Under the pieces are notes generated by a model. It had not been told where the DNA came from, ran no database searches, and saw nothing but the letters and a program-made list of their open reading frames with translations. Both the position numbers and the translations under genes were made by a program. A stretch of DNA of 63,434 nucleotides from a bacterium. Lineage in GTDB: Bacteria > Patescibacteriota > Minisyncoccia > UBA6257 > 02-FULL-45-10c. This document shows positions 25,487 through 35,333 of this stretch, piece by piece (the stretch's first letter is position 1; every line of letters begins with the position of its first letter). The DNA lies in the NCBI GenBank assembly GCA_030646915.1, contig JAUSKT010000001.1, positions 1 to 63,434 of the forward strand. The letters run 5' to 3'.

Positions 25487-26497
25487 TTATTTTCTTTTTA
25501 TAACTTTCTTAACTGCCTCCTTTATATCTTTCACGCCCATTCCATATTTTTCAATTAAATCTTTTGGCGGACCAGATTCACCGAAAATATTTTGCATACC
25601 AATGAATTCTATCGGCGTCGGCAAATTTTTTCCTAACAATTCTGCCACTGCTCCGCCCAGCCCTCCCATAACTTGATGCTCTTCAACCGTTACCACTGCT
25701 CCGCACTCTCCAACTAATTCCAAAATTTTCTTTTCATCTAATGGCTTAATAGTATGGCAATTAACAACGCAAACTCCAATACCTTCAGCATCTAGTTCTT
25801 TGGCTGCAAGAAGCGCGTAATGGACTAAAGAGCCACAGCCAATAATTACTGCTTCCGGTTTTTTGGCTTTATCTTTTTTAGGATTCGGCTCCCAGAAAAT
25901 CTCAACTTTACCTGGTCGGAAAGGAGTTTCTTCGGTAGTAAAAACCGGCATTTTTTCCCTGCCAAATCTTAAATAAACCGGTCCCCAAATTTTCGCCGCG
26001 GCCAATGTAGCTTTTCTCGCTTCATTTGCATCGCACGGCACAAAAACTTTCATATTCGCCATTACCCGCATCGTCGCAATATCTTCAATTGCCTGATGAG
26101 TCGCGCCGTCCGGGCCTACAGAAATTCCGGCATGAGCGCCGGCAATTTTTACATTAGCGTCATTATAAGAAATCGTAGTTCGAATCTGCTCCCAATTTCT
26201 ACCAGGAGAAAAAGTCGCGTAAGAAGAAATAAAAGGAATTTTTCCGCTTACTCCTAACCCCGATGCAATAGTGGCCAAATTTTGTTCTGCCACACCAACT
26301 TCAAAAAACCTTTCTGGAAATTTTTTGGAAAAAGCTTCCGAGCGGGTGGATTCAGTAAGATCAGCGCATAAAACTACTACATTAGGATCCTGCTCTCCTG
26401 CAATCACTAAACCGTCGCCATAACCATCGCGGGTCGGCTTTTGCTCAATATCCTTATCAAAAGTTTTAAGACTAAGTTTTACCCGAGAATTAAGCAT
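25487..26497 (-). CDS. Transketolase, C-terminal subunit
   Basis: GVAEQN, GPDGATHQ, PVYLRFGR, VTVEEH...GGLG. Confidence 0.95.
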   Translation of the reverse strand: MLNSRVKLSLKTFDKDIEQKPTRDGYGDGLVIAGEQDPNVVVLCADLTESTRSEAFSKKFPERFFEVGVAEQNLATIASGLGVSGKIPFISSYATFSPGRNWEQIRTTISYNDANVKIAGAHAGISVGPDGATHQAIEDIATMRVMANMKVFVPCDANEARKATLAAAKIWGPVYLRFGREKMPVFTTEETPFRPGKVEIFWEPNPKKDKAKKPEAVIIGCGSLVHYALLAAKELDAEGIGVCVVNCHTIKPLDEKKILELVGECGAVVTVEEHQVMGGLGGAVAELLGKNLPTPIEFIGMQNIFGESGPPKDLIEKYGMGVKDIKEAVKKVIKRK

Positions 26498-26597
26498 AAA
26501 TTAAATTTTAAGCTCTAGAATTTTCGAATCCCTCGCTCACCTCCGCCAGCTGGCGGACAGCGAATGAGGGACGATGAAAATTCTCGAGAATTCTCTT

Positions 26598-26852
26598 TTA
26601 CATTCCTTCTTTTTTTCCCAGCATGCAAGTTCCGCAGCTGCCATGGCCATATCCCTTTTTACCCATAGATAAAACGCCAAGGACTAATGCATTCCAGTAC
26701 CAAGCTAATGGTTCTAATCCAAAGACTAAACCTCTTTGATAAACTGCTACCCAAGCCATAACTAAACAGGCAACAGCAGCAAGCCAAAGAGCAAAACTTA
26801 GCATTGGCCGAAAACAGCAGGACAAATGGAATTTTGTGTGTTCTTGATTCAT
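26598..26852 (-). CDS. Small two-TM Cys-rich membrane protein; paralog of 10486-10707
   Basis: Shared LVMAWVAVYQRGLVFGLEPLAWYWNAL core; ends HGSCGTC. Confidence 0.8.
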   Translation of the reverse strand: MNQEHTKFHLSCCFRPMLSFALWLAAVACLVMAWVAVYQRGLVFGLEPLAWYWNALVLGVLSMGKKGYGHGSCGTCMLGKKEGM

Positions 26853-26933
26853 TATAATTAAAATAAATTCATTATTTCCCGACCTTTTAATAATTACTTT
26901 CTATTATAACATAAATAAACTTCAACTAAACGA

Positions 26934-27098
26934 ACCTTTCATTTACTTGAGAACATTGCGGAGGCAGAGTTACAAAACTTTGAGCGAGTAGTAAAAATTT
27001 CGGGATACCCAGGAATGAAATGACTAGGGTGAAATTTTTACGCCATGAGCGAATTAGTTTTGTTTCTGCCGGAGCAGCGTTTGAAAGGAATGAAAGGT
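26934..27098. repeat. ~165-nt long-hairpin element, copy A (inverted relative to copy B at 49550-49712)
   Basis: Shares AACATTGCGGAGGC, TCGGGATACCCAGGAA..AATGACTAGGGTGA, ATGAGCGAAT and GGAGCAG with copy B. Confidence 0.85.
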
Positions 27099-27103
27099 GA
27101 GTG

Positions 27104-27970
27104 TCACTCATGTTCCGATTTAATCCGTCCTCCAAGCGTCCGTAATTCCGATAAAGCAATTTTTGCTTCTTCTTTTGTCGGCGGTTTGCCGTGCCACATG
27201 TAATCATTTTCCATAAAACTTACTCCTTTACCGGGAATAGTATGCGCAATAATTATTGTTGGCCTTTCATAAATCGCTTTTGCTTCATTAACTGCCGAAA
27301 CAAATTCCAAAATATCATGGCCATTTACTTCAATCACATGCCAGTTAAATGCTTCGTATTTTTCCCGAAGCGGTTCAAGCGGCATTACCTCTTCCGTAAA
27401 CCCGTCAATCTGGATATTATTCCGATCCATAATCACCGTCAGATTATTTAATTTGGATTTCTGCTTGCCGGCAAACATAATCGCTTCCCATGTATTTCCT
27501 TCTTGATGTTCGCCATCAGAAGTTAAGCAATAAACCCGATTTTTCTTTTTATCCAATCGCGCTGCAAGCGCCATTCCAATAGCTTGGGAAATTCCAGAAC
27601 CCAGCGGTCCTGAAGTAGTTTCAATTCCTGGTAAAGAATTCCGATGAGGATGCCCCTGGAGCCTTGAATCAAGTTTCCTGAGCGTAAAAAGTTCTTCCAT
27701 TGGAAAATATCCAGCATTAGCTAGCGTCGCATAAAGCACCGGACAAATATGGCCATTAGAAAGCACTACCCGATCCCTTTCCGGCCAGCTGGGATTTTTC
27801 GGATTATGATTTAAAATATGAAAATAAAGCGCGGTAAAAATATCCGCCATCCCAAGCGGTCCGGCAGAATGCCCGGATTTTGCTTCCACCAGCATCTCAA
27901 TAATATCCTGCCGGATCTTATTCGCCATCTCTTCCAGAAATTTTAATTTATTTTCGTGTAAATCCGCCAT
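27104..27970 (-). CDS. Transketolase, N-terminal subunit
   Basis: SGHSAGPLG, DRVVLSNGH, LQGHP, SDGEHQEG, WHGK. Confidence 0.95.
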   Translation of the reverse strand: MADLHENKLKFLEEMANKIRQDIIEMLVEAKSGHSAGPLGMADIFTALYFHILNHNPKNPSWPERDRVVLSNGHICPVLYATLANAGYFPMEELFTLRKLDSRLQGHPHRNSLPGIETTSGPLGSGISQAIGMALAARLDKKKNRVYCLTSDGEHQEGNTWEAIMFAGKQKSKLNNLTVIMDRNNIQIDGFTEEVMPLEPLREKYEAFNWHVIEVNGHDILEFVSAVNEAKAIYERPTIIIAHTIPGKGVSFMENDYMWHGKPPTKEEAKIALSELRTLGGRIKSEHE

Positions 27971-27991
27971 TAATTTTATTATAACTTAAAA

Positions 27992-28243
27992 CTAAATATA
28001 AACATCTTTACGATGCCCAATTTTTAAAATAATAATTTTATCTTTATCTACATCAAAAATAACCCGATAATCGCCAATCCGAAAACGATATTCACCCTCG
28101 TAATAATCTGTTAATTTTTCAGCAAATTTTAACAGGTTATTTTGAGAAACATAAAAACGCATCTTCTGAGCGATGCGTTTTTGAATTAATTTTGGTAAGG
28201 CCGCTAACTGCTTTGCAGCTTTTTCGGTATAAAAAACCTGCAT
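27992..28243 (-). CDS. RelE/ParE-family toxin
   Basis: YRFRIGDYRVIF...KIGHRKDVY. Confidence 0.92.
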   Translation of the reverse strand: MQVFYTEKAAKQLAALPKLIQKRIAQKMRFYVSQNNLLKFAEKLTDYYEGEYRFRIGDYRVIFDVDKDKIIILKIGHRKDVYI

Positions 28244-28247
28244 ATCG

Positions 28248-28439
28248 CTAAATGCCTAGTTTCTTAAAAAGCTTTTCCTGTTCCACTAAACGTCCCTTAG
28301 CCGCTTCTTTCCGCGCTTCCCGGATATCCGTTAAATATCCAAGGCGCTTCAAGGCTTTTTGAAACTGCTTTTCCATATTTTTTAACCGTTGATATTCCCC
28401 CCTGCTAATAATTATTTTATTTAGCGTTGAAACTGACAT
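28248..28439 (-). CDS. Putative cognate antitoxin
   Basis: 63 aa immediately upstream of the toxin; IISRGEYQRL and ARKEAAKGRLV...KKLGI pattern. Confidence 0.78.
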   Translation of the reverse strand: MSVSTLNKIIISRGEYQRLKNMEKQFQKALKRLGYLTDIREARKEAAKGRLVEQEKLFKKLGI

Positions 28440-28497
28440 AATTTAATTATAACAAAATTTAAATGAAAATCAAATCTCGTATTTCAATAAAAATAGA

Positions 28498-28531
28498 AAC
28501 CCCCACAGAGCCAAGCTCTGTGGGGGTTTTT
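28498..28531. terminator. Strong GC hairpin terminator
   Basis: AACCCCCACAGAGC-CAA-GCTCTGTGGGGGTTTT. Confidence 0.8.
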
Positions 28532-28575
28532 GCTAAGGGTCCAAGGGACCAATAGCCCCGCTTCGCGGGGCGAAG

Positions 28576-29145
28576 CTACTTGCAGACGACTAGACAATCA
28601 CCGCGGCCCCAAGTGCGGTTCAACTCGATCCATACCAAGTACCAGCGGCGGCCGAAGCGGAGGCACGGGACACGCTGGATGCCGGAGGGGTCCTCGCAGA
28701 TTGTTCCCGGAAAGACGCAGCAATATTGTCGCCATTTCTCAGGTATACGATCTGCCTTGGCAAGTAGAGCATTCGCGTGCCTCAAGCCGAACATGAAGAA
28801 ATGCGTTACTGCGCGCTTCAGCATCTCCTCGCCTTCCACTGTCTCGCCTTTCTCTAAAAACTCAGTGAGTTTCAGTGTCACGGTGCCGATCGGAATCGCG
28901 GCTTGTTTGATAACCTTCCAACCTGCGTATGGCGGCTGGAGATCGCTTATATCGGACACACCGATAGCGATCATATTAAGTCCAAGCAACTCGCGAAACT
29001 TTTCGCGATCCGTTCGGCTCGTATCCGCATCCAGCAGGTCAGACAACAGCCCGGACGCGAACAGCGCCTGGAGCTGCTTTTCCGACGGGTCTTTCTGCGA
29101 TATCAGGTTCAAGACCTGATTCGCTTGCTGCAGGGTTGGCTTCAT
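28576..29145 (-). CDS. Hypothetical protein, GC-richer than its neighbours, with a strong SD
   Basis: AAAGGAGGGA upstream of ATG; IPEKWR...VFPGT...VPCLRF..RW. Confidence 0.7.
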   Translation of the reverse strand: MKPTLQQANQVLNLISQKDPSEKQLQALFASGLLSDLLDADTSRTDREKFRELLGLNMIAIGVSDISDLQPPYAGWKVIKQAAIPIGTVTLKLTEFLEKGETVEGEEMLKRAVTHFFMFGLRHANALLAKADRIPEKWRQYCCVFPGTICEDPSGIQRVPCLRFGRRWYLVWIELNRTWGRGDCLVVCK

Positions 29146-29211
29146 ACCAATCCCTCCTTTTTGTGAAATATACGATAATCGAGCTATACCCGATTAAAAA
29201 TAATTATACCA

Positions 29212-29868
29212 CTATATATTTAATAAGTCAAGATATGCCTCTTTCGAATTTTTGCCATTCCAGATATATGAAGCCGAAACCAAAATATCCGCTCCGGATT
29301 CTTTTATCTTTGGCGCGGTTTCCAAATTCACTCCGCCATCTACTTCTATTTTAGCATTTGGAAATTTCTGCCGCAAAGCTTTAATTTTCGCCAGCTGGTC
29401 TTCTTTAAATTTCTGACCGGCAAGTCCTGGATTGACCGCCAAAATTAAAAATCCGCTGGCGTCCCCTTCATATTTGAATAAATGCTCTACTGGGGTATCC
29501 GGCTTAATCGCAATCACTAATTCCACTCCAAAAGCCACGCATTTCATTTTTATAACATCAATATCTTTTATTGATTCCGAATGAACGATAATTCTTTTAA
29601 CTTTTGCATCCAGCCATGCATCCAAAACCGCATCTGGATTCTCTACCATCAAATGAACTTCAATTTTAACATTCGGCATTTCACTTTTTACCTTTAACAA
29701 ATCCGCCGGATTCTTCCAAAGAACATTGCGGGTGAATTTTCCGTCTGCCACATCTAAATGAATCCAGACTGCCTCATCTGCAGGATCAATAACAAAATCC
29801 TGCGCCGCTTTTATTTTCTTTTTTACTTCCTTAAAATTAGTTTCATTAATGGCTGGTATAACTTTCAT
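29212..29868 (-). CDS. rpe: Ribulose-phosphate 3-epimerase
   Basis: IHLDVADG, EVHLMV, VNPGLAGQKF, EVDGGVN. Confidence 0.95.
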   Translation of the reverse strand: MKVIPAINETNFKEVKKKIKAAQDFVIDPADEAVWIHLDVADGKFTRNVLWKNPADLLKVKSEMPNVKIEVHLMVENPDAVLDAWLDAKVKRIIVHSESIKDIDVIKMKCVAFGVELVIAIKPDTPVEHLFKYEGDASGFLILAVNPGLAGQKFKEDQLAKIKALRQKFPNAKIEVDGGVNLETAPKIKESGADILVSASYIWNGKNSKEAYLDLLNI

Positions 29869-29903
29869 ACAACAATTTTAACATGGGCAAATATATTAAG
29901 CCT

Positions 29904-30344
29904 TTATAAAATATCAATTTTCTCTAATCGTCGGCGATGCCGTTCTTCTTCGGAAAAATCTGTTTGAAGCCAGATAGTCAAAATCTTTTTTACTTCACTT
30001 TCAGTCAAAAAATCCGCTGCAATTGAAAGCACATTAGTATTATCATCATTTCGTGAAGATGCGGCTTGATCTGGAGTTGATGCCAAAACCGAACGGACAT
30101 TTTTAAAACGATTGGCAACGACATCCATCCCAACGCCCGATCCGCAAATTAAAATTCCCCTGGAATTCTCCGGATCCAGACTGATTTCTTTCGCTACCGC
30201 TTTTCCAAAATCCGGATAATCATCAGCCTGGTCAAAAACTGAATTGCCAACATCCGCTATTTCATAACCGCTTTCTTTCAAATAAATTTTTAAAGATTCT
30301 TTAAGCTTGAATCCCCTGTGATCCGAACCAATATAAATTAACAT
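29904..30344 (-). CDS. rpiB: Ribose-5-phosphate isomerase B
   Basis: GSDHRG, DYPD, ICGSGVG, RHRRRL. Confidence 0.95.
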   Translation of the reverse strand: MLIYIGSDHRGFKLKESLKIYLKESGYEIADVGNSVFDQADDYPDFGKAVAKEISLDPENSRGILICGSGVGMDVVANRFKNVRSVLASTPDQAASSRNDDNTNVLSIAADFLTESEVKKILTIWLQTDFSEEERHRRRLEKIDIL

Positions 30345-30348
30345 GAAT

Positions 30349-31371
30349 TTACAAATTTTCTGCCGCTTTCAAAACATGTCCCACTAAAGTCGCCACATAC
30401 CCCGCCTCATTGTCATACCAAGAAAATACTTTTACAAAATCTCCGTCTACTACTTGGGTAAATTTTAAATCTACAATCGCACCATATGGCTCGCCGATAA
30501 TATCCGAAGAAACTAATTGGTCTTCAGTAACTTTTAAAATTCCTTTCCAGCGCGGGCTTTTAGCTGCTTTGCGGAAAATATTATTTATCTCTTCCACGGA
30601 AGTTTTTCTTTTTGCTAAAAAAGTAAAATCAGCAATCGAGCCTGTAATTACCGGAACTCGCATTGCCACGCCGTCAAATTTTCCTTCCAATTCCGGCAAT
30701 GCCCGCACTACAGAAATCGCCGCTCCAGTAAAAGACGGGGAAATATTTTGGGCAGCAGCCCGACCGCGGCGGAAATCTTTTCCTTTAGTCGGGCCATCGG
30801 TTAAATTTTGCGTCGCAGTATAGCCATGGACGGTATTTAAAAAAGCTTTTTTAACTCCAACAGTTTCCAACATAATCGCCGCCAATGGCGAAGTCGCATT
30901 AGTAGTGCAAGATCCATTAGAAGTAATTTTGCATTTTTTAAACTGCTCCTCGTTTACGCCAAGTAAAACCGTTTTAGCGTCACTGCGTTCTTTGTCTTTG
31001 GCTGGCGCAGTAATCACCACTCGTTTTGCTCCGGCAGTTAAATGCATAGATGCTTTTTCAAAAGATTCAAAGAAGCCAGTTGATTCCACGGCAATATCAA
31101 TCTTTAAATTTTTCCAAGGCAGTTTAGCCGGATCCTTTTCCTGTAAAACTTTCACCGATTTTCCATCAACTAATAAATTATTGCCTCTAATTTTAATTTC
31201 AGACGAAAATTGACGATAAACAGTATCGTATTTTAAAAGATAAGCAAGGTTCTCAATATCACCCAGATCGTTAATGGCGACAATCTCCAGGTTTTTATTA
31301 TCCCAAGCCTGCCTAAAAAAGAGACGCCCTATTCTTCCAAATCCATTTATTGCAATACGCGCTTTTGCCAT
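30349..31371 (-). CDS. gap: Glyceraldehyde-3-phosphate dehydrogenase
   Basis: INGFGRIGR, SNGSCTTN, SWYDNE. Confidence 0.97.
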   Translation of the reverse strand: MAKARIAINGFGRIGRLFFRQAWDNKNLEIVAINDLGDIENLAYLLKYDTVYRQFSSEIKIRGNNLLVDGKSVKVLQEKDPAKLPWKNLKIDIAVESTGFFESFEKASMHLTAGAKRVVITAPAKDKERSDAKTVLLGVNEEQFKKCKITSNGSCTTNATSPLAAIMLETVGVKKAFLNTVHGYTATQNLTDGPTKGKDFRRGRAAAQNISPSFTGAAISVVRALPELEGKFDGVAMRVPVITGSIADFTFLAKRKTSVEEINNIFRKAAKSPRWKGILKVTEDQLVSSDIIGEPYGAIVDLKFTQVVDGDFVKVFSWYDNEAGYVATLVGHVLKAAENL

Positions 31372-31379
31372 CCTTACTA

Positions 31380-32570
31380 TTATACTCTAGTAACATGCCT
31401 GTTTAAATGAATAAATGTTAACAAGCCCATCAGCATCATAACCGCCCCATAAATCAACGCCATATTTGATCCCACAATAGTCCAGATAGATCCGCCGATT
31501 ACTCCGGCTAAAAGCGAAGAAAATCCTACGGCAGCATTTAAAAATCCTTGGCCGGTCGCTAACTTATTTGCCGGAACCAGCCTGGAAGCTAGAGCGCGCT
31601 CCACTCCGTCAGTCATGGCAGAATAAATTCCAAAAATAATAAATCCTAAAATAACGCTTAGCATGTTGGAAAATAAAGCTAAACTTAAATAAGAAAAAAT
31701 TGCCGCTAAAAATCCAAACATTAATACTTTTTTCTCCCCAATCTTATCGGATAATTTGCCGGCCGGGATAGCGCAAATCACAAAAGACAAATTATAAACA
31801 AAATACATTAAAGGCATGGAAAACCCATTTAATCCTACTTCTTGAGATTTTAATAGGAGAAGCGCCACTGGCATCACGCCTAATCCAAAAATAAAAACTG
31901 CTAAAAGATACTCCTTAAATTCTAAGCTGTATTCTTTAAGGGAAAAACTGAACGGAGGGTGGACGGCTTTTTCCATTTCCGTATGCCCCGCCACGTCTTT
32001 AACAAAAATAAAAGTTAAAACAGCTAAAATTCCAATTACAAAACTGATGCGGAAAAGCAGCCGATAATCATTCATAATCATTGGCATTAAAATTACTGCC
32101 GCTAATGGCCCGAGAGTGGCGCCCACAGTATCCATTGCCCGATGATATCCGAAAGATTTCCCTAATTCATTCGAAAAAACAGACTCTGAAATTAAGGCAT
32201 CTCTTGGAGAATCGCGCAAACCCTTGCCAGTTCGATCGATTGCTCTCAAAATAAAAACTTGCCAAAAATTTCCCACCAAAGATAAAAACCAGCGTGTTGA
32301 AACAGAAATAGTATAACCGCTGATTGCTAAAATTTTCCTTTTGCCAATCTTATCCGAAAACCAACCGAAATAAATCTTTAAAGTGCTAGCTAGCGCATCC
32401 GCAAATCCTTCAATAAAACCGACGAAAACCGGCGGAGCGCCTAAAACCACTGTCAAAAAACCCGGCATTACCGAGTACATCATTTCCGCGGAAAAATCAT
32501 TGAATAAGCTGACTATTCCAAGTGAAAATACATTTTTCTGAAGACCAAAAATTTTCTTATCTTTTCCCAT
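31380..32570 (-). CDS. MFS transporter
   Basis: 12-TM pattern, GWFSDKIGKRK and GKLSDKIGEK. Confidence 0.9.
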   Translation of the reverse strand: MGKDKKIFGLQKNVFSLGIVSLFNDFSAEMMYSVMPGFLTVVLGAPPVFVGFIEGFADALASTLKIYFGWFSDKIGKRKILAISGYTISVSTRWFLSLVGNFWQVFILRAIDRTGKGLRDSPRDALISESVFSNELGKSFGYHRAMDTVGATLGPLAAVILMPMIMNDYRLLFRISFVIGILAVLTFIFVKDVAGHTEMEKAVHPPFSFSLKEYSLEFKEYLLAVFIFGLGVMPVALLLLKSQEVGLNGFSMPLMYFVYNLSFVICAIPAGKLSDKIGEKKVLMFGFLAAIFSYLSLALFSNMLSVILGFIIFGIYSAMTDGVERALASRLVPANKLATGQGFLNAAVGFSSLLAGVIGGSIWTIVGSNMALIYGAVMMLMGLLTFIHLNRHVTRV

Positions 32571-32590
32571 AAGCTTCTATATATAAGACT

Positions 32591-33049
32591 CTACTTTAAC
32601 ACAATCTTATCACCCTCTCTAATACCCAATTTTTTGACTAAACCGGCATTAATTTCTAAAACTTTATCTACTGCCTCTGACGGATTATACAATTGGACAT
32701 TGACACTGCTGGCGGGAGGCAAATTTTCCGAAAAACCGATTACCTTATTATCCCTTATCCAAATAATATCCAGCGGAAATTTCATGCCCGCCATCCAAAA
32801 GCTTCTTTGGCCTAAATCAGGAAAAATAAAAAGCATTCCTTGATTTTCCGGCAAACTATCCCTTCCAGATAATCCGCGCGCTTGATTTAATACATTATCT
32901 GCTATTTCCACTTCAAAACTCTGGCTGCCAATTTCCAAAATAGAAAAATTCTTCTTTTTATCCTGCAATAAAAATCCGGATACTAATCCTAAAATAATTA
33001 AAAAAATAAATGCCACAATGCTTAGTAAAATTCTTCTCAGTTTATCCAT
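32591..33049 (-). CDS. DUF192 family protein
   Basis: ARGLSGR..LP...GMLFIF, FWMAGMKFPLDIIW, VLEINAG. Confidence 0.9.
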   Translation of the reverse strand: MDKLRRILLSIVAFIFLIILGLVSGFLLQDKKKNFSILEIGSQSFEVEIADNVLNQARGLSGRDSLPENQGMLFIFPDLGQRSFWMAGMKFPLDIIWIRDNKVIGFSENLPPASSVNVQLYNPSEAVDKVLEINAGLVKKLGIREGDKIVLK

Positions 33050-33532
33050 TTATTTATATAATAACCCAAAAACTACTATCCCAAATGCGACCGAAACATT
33101 TAAAGATTCTTTTTTGCCCCTCATTGGAATTTCCAAAATTTTATCGCACTTTTTTAAAATTGCCTGCGACAAGCCGCTAACTTCGTTGCCAAAAATCAAT
33201 GCGACTTTTGACTTTTGACTTTTGACTTTGGACTTATAGTACGGAACTGATTTTTTGTTTTGTTCAACTGCAAAAACTTTATACCCTTCTTTTTTTAACT
33301 TTTCGAGTAACTTTAAAGTTGCTCGTGGTGAGCGCGCCGAATCATCCCAAGGCACGCTTTTTTCCGCTCCTAAAGAAACCTTCGCCAATTGTGGCCTAAA
33401 CCGACCAAATAGGTCGGTCGGCCGAGGCGTAATTCCGCAAAGATAGATCTTCTCAATCCCCGTCGCATCCCCCGTCCGGAAAATCGAACCTACATTATAT
33501 AAGCTCCGTATATTGACTAATATTACTATCAT
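33050..33532 (-). CDS. TrmH/SpoU-family RNA methyltransferase
   Basis: NVGSIFRT, FGNEVSG, IPMRGKKESLNVSVA. Confidence 0.92.
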   Translation of the reverse strand: MIVILVNIRSLYNVGSIFRTGDATGIEKIYLCGITPRPTDLFGRFRPQLAKVSLGAEKSVPWDDSARSPRATLKLLEKLKKEGYKVFAVEQNKKSVPYYKSKVKSQKSKVALIFGNEVSGLSQAILKKCDKILEIPMRGKKESLNVSVAFGIVVFGLLYK

Positions 33533-33580
33533 TGTTATAATATAAGCAGAAAATGACTTTTTAGGAAGAGGGGGGCGATA

Positions 33581-34177
33581 ATGAACCTTAAAAACTTAAT
33601 ACTGCCGATGCTTCTAATTCTATCACTGGCTGGATGCGAAGAAGAGCCGATTGATGATATTTTAATGAATAAAATATGGCTAGAAGCAATTACCTTAATC
33701 CAAATACCTCCCGCTACTCCGATTCCTGAAATAAAATTTTTAGAAGAATGCCCCGATATAGGCAAGTGCAAAAAAGAAAAATTTAAAGACCTGGATAACT
33801 GCCCCCACAAAAACCCGGATATCCTTGGAACATGGCATGATTCAATCATACGAATTTGCCTTAATAACATCTACGAAAATAATTGGAGTCATGATAAATA
33901 CTATGCTTATTACCACATACACTTCAGCTACAAGCACAAAAGGGCTATGTTTTATGGAACAGTCGCTCATGAAATGCTCCATCATGCTCTTTTTTTAAAA
34001 GGACGCAGTAATAATCATGAGCATCAGCTGATGAAAGATGAAAAGCTGATTGAAAAAATGATGGATTTAATCAGCGATCACCTTAAATTGCCAAAAGATG
34101 GAATACAGAAAGAACCTCCTCTCAGATCCTTAGATCGCGGAATAAAATTAGATAAAGAAAAGGCCGAGAAAGACTAA
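33581..34177 (+). CDS. Lipoprotein with HExxH zincin-like motif
   Basis: Lipobox LAGC; HEMLH. Confidence 0.7.
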   Translation: MNLKNLILPMLLILSLAGCEEEPIDDILMNKIWLEAITLIQIPPATPIPEIKFLEECPDIGKCKKEKFKDLDNCPHKNPDILGTWHDSIIRICLNNIYENNWSHDKYYAYYHIHFSYKHKRAMFYGTVAHEMLHHALFLKGRSNNHEHQLMKDEKLIEKMMDLISDHLKLPKDGIQKEPPLRSLDRGIKLDKEKAEKD

Positions 34178-34298
34178 GAAACGCCGGAAAAACCGAAAAA
34201 AAATTATAAAATTTTTAAAAAATCTGGGAATTCAAAAAGGGATTATTTGAAATGTTTATAATGTAAAAGCGGCCTAAGGCCGCTTTTTTTAATCTTTT

Positions 34299-34793
34299 TT
34301 ATTCTTTGCTGAAAAAAAGAAATTTAACTGAAAAAACTATGATGCCCAAACCTAATAATACATCCCCAATGCTGAAAAGTATGTCCAGGCGCTGAAAATA
34401 AATCCAATCTGAAAGAAACGGCAAAATGGTTTCATTGGTCATTGGTGTATGCCGTAAAGTTTCCGCAGGGAGATCTATGGATGGCATCCTGCCCCCGTTT
34501 AAAACCACCACCAGCATATTTGAAAATTGGCCCAGCGCGTAAATCGCAATTCCAATCTCTTTGTAATTATCAATAAGGCATAAAAGCGCTATGGTTCCGA
34601 AAGTGATTGCCTCAATTACCGGCAGATTATTAGAAAGTTCGGAAATTTCAGCTAAATAAAATATTACAAAGGCGGCAGTCGCGTAGACAAATGATCGCCA
34701 ATTTATGCTTGCCACTGCTTTTTGGGATTTTAAAAAAACCAGGGCAAAAAGTATAAACAAAGATGGCAACAAAAAGCCCCATTGCTGAATCAT
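34299..34793 (-). CDS. DUF5317-like membrane protein
   Basis: NMLVVVLNGGRMP...FLSDWI...FSIGD. Confidence 0.75.
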   Translation of the reverse strand: MIQQWGFLLPSLFILFALVFLKSQKAVASINWRSFVYATAAFVIFYLAEISELSNNLPVIEAITFGTIALLCLIDNYKEIGIAIYALGQFSNMLVVVLNGGRMPSIDLPAETLRHTPMTNETILPFLSDWIYFQRLDILFSIGDVLLGLGIIVFSVKFLFFSKE

Positions 34794-34883
34794 TTTTTAT
34801 TCTATTTTCAATGCTAACCTAAACTACTTATAAAATAACATGGAATTTATAAAAAAGAAAACCGCCTTTGAGCGGTTTAAAAT

Positions 34884-35177
34884 TTAATTGCGGTTTCGGT
34901 AATGCCAGATAACAGCGAAAAGCGCTCCCCCTAAAACTATCTGGCAAATACAGCAGACAATCTGGGTGAAATTATTAAGTTCAAGGCCATAAAAAAGCCA
35001 GGCAACTGGAACTAAAGTTCCAAGTGTCGTCCGGGTTAAAGAAACTTGCTTGGAACTTTTATGCTCAATAATCAAACGGATCTGATCCGTAATTCCGATT
35101 GTAAGAATAACCACTGTCACTACCGGCGCTATCACTCCCCAGCTCCAGCTTATACCGTTAAACAATTTACTCTCCAA
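34884..35177 (-). CDS. SemiSWEET / PQ-loop-like small transporter
   Basis: Three TM segments, DQIRLII.HKSSKQVS, WLFYG. Confidence 0.75.
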   Translation of the reverse strand: MESKLFNGISWSWGVIAPVVTVVILTIGITDQIRLIIEHKSSKQVSLTRTTLGTLVPVAWLFYGLELNNFTQIVCCICQIVLGGALFAVIWHYRNRN

Positions 35178-35333
35178 TTAACAAGTAAAAGAACTTCTGG
35201 ATATTCTAACAAATTTATTCCTGAAAGTAAATTAAAAAAATCACTTGTATTATACTAGCCATGGCTGGAATAATACAAGTAAATAAAAACGCCCATTACC
35301 TTTTACGGTAATGGGCGCTCGGTGGCAGAATGC

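Noticed and set aside
26926..27207. 93-aa ORF overlapping the transketolase end
   Set aside because: It translates the structured repeat element and overlaps a real gene out of frame.
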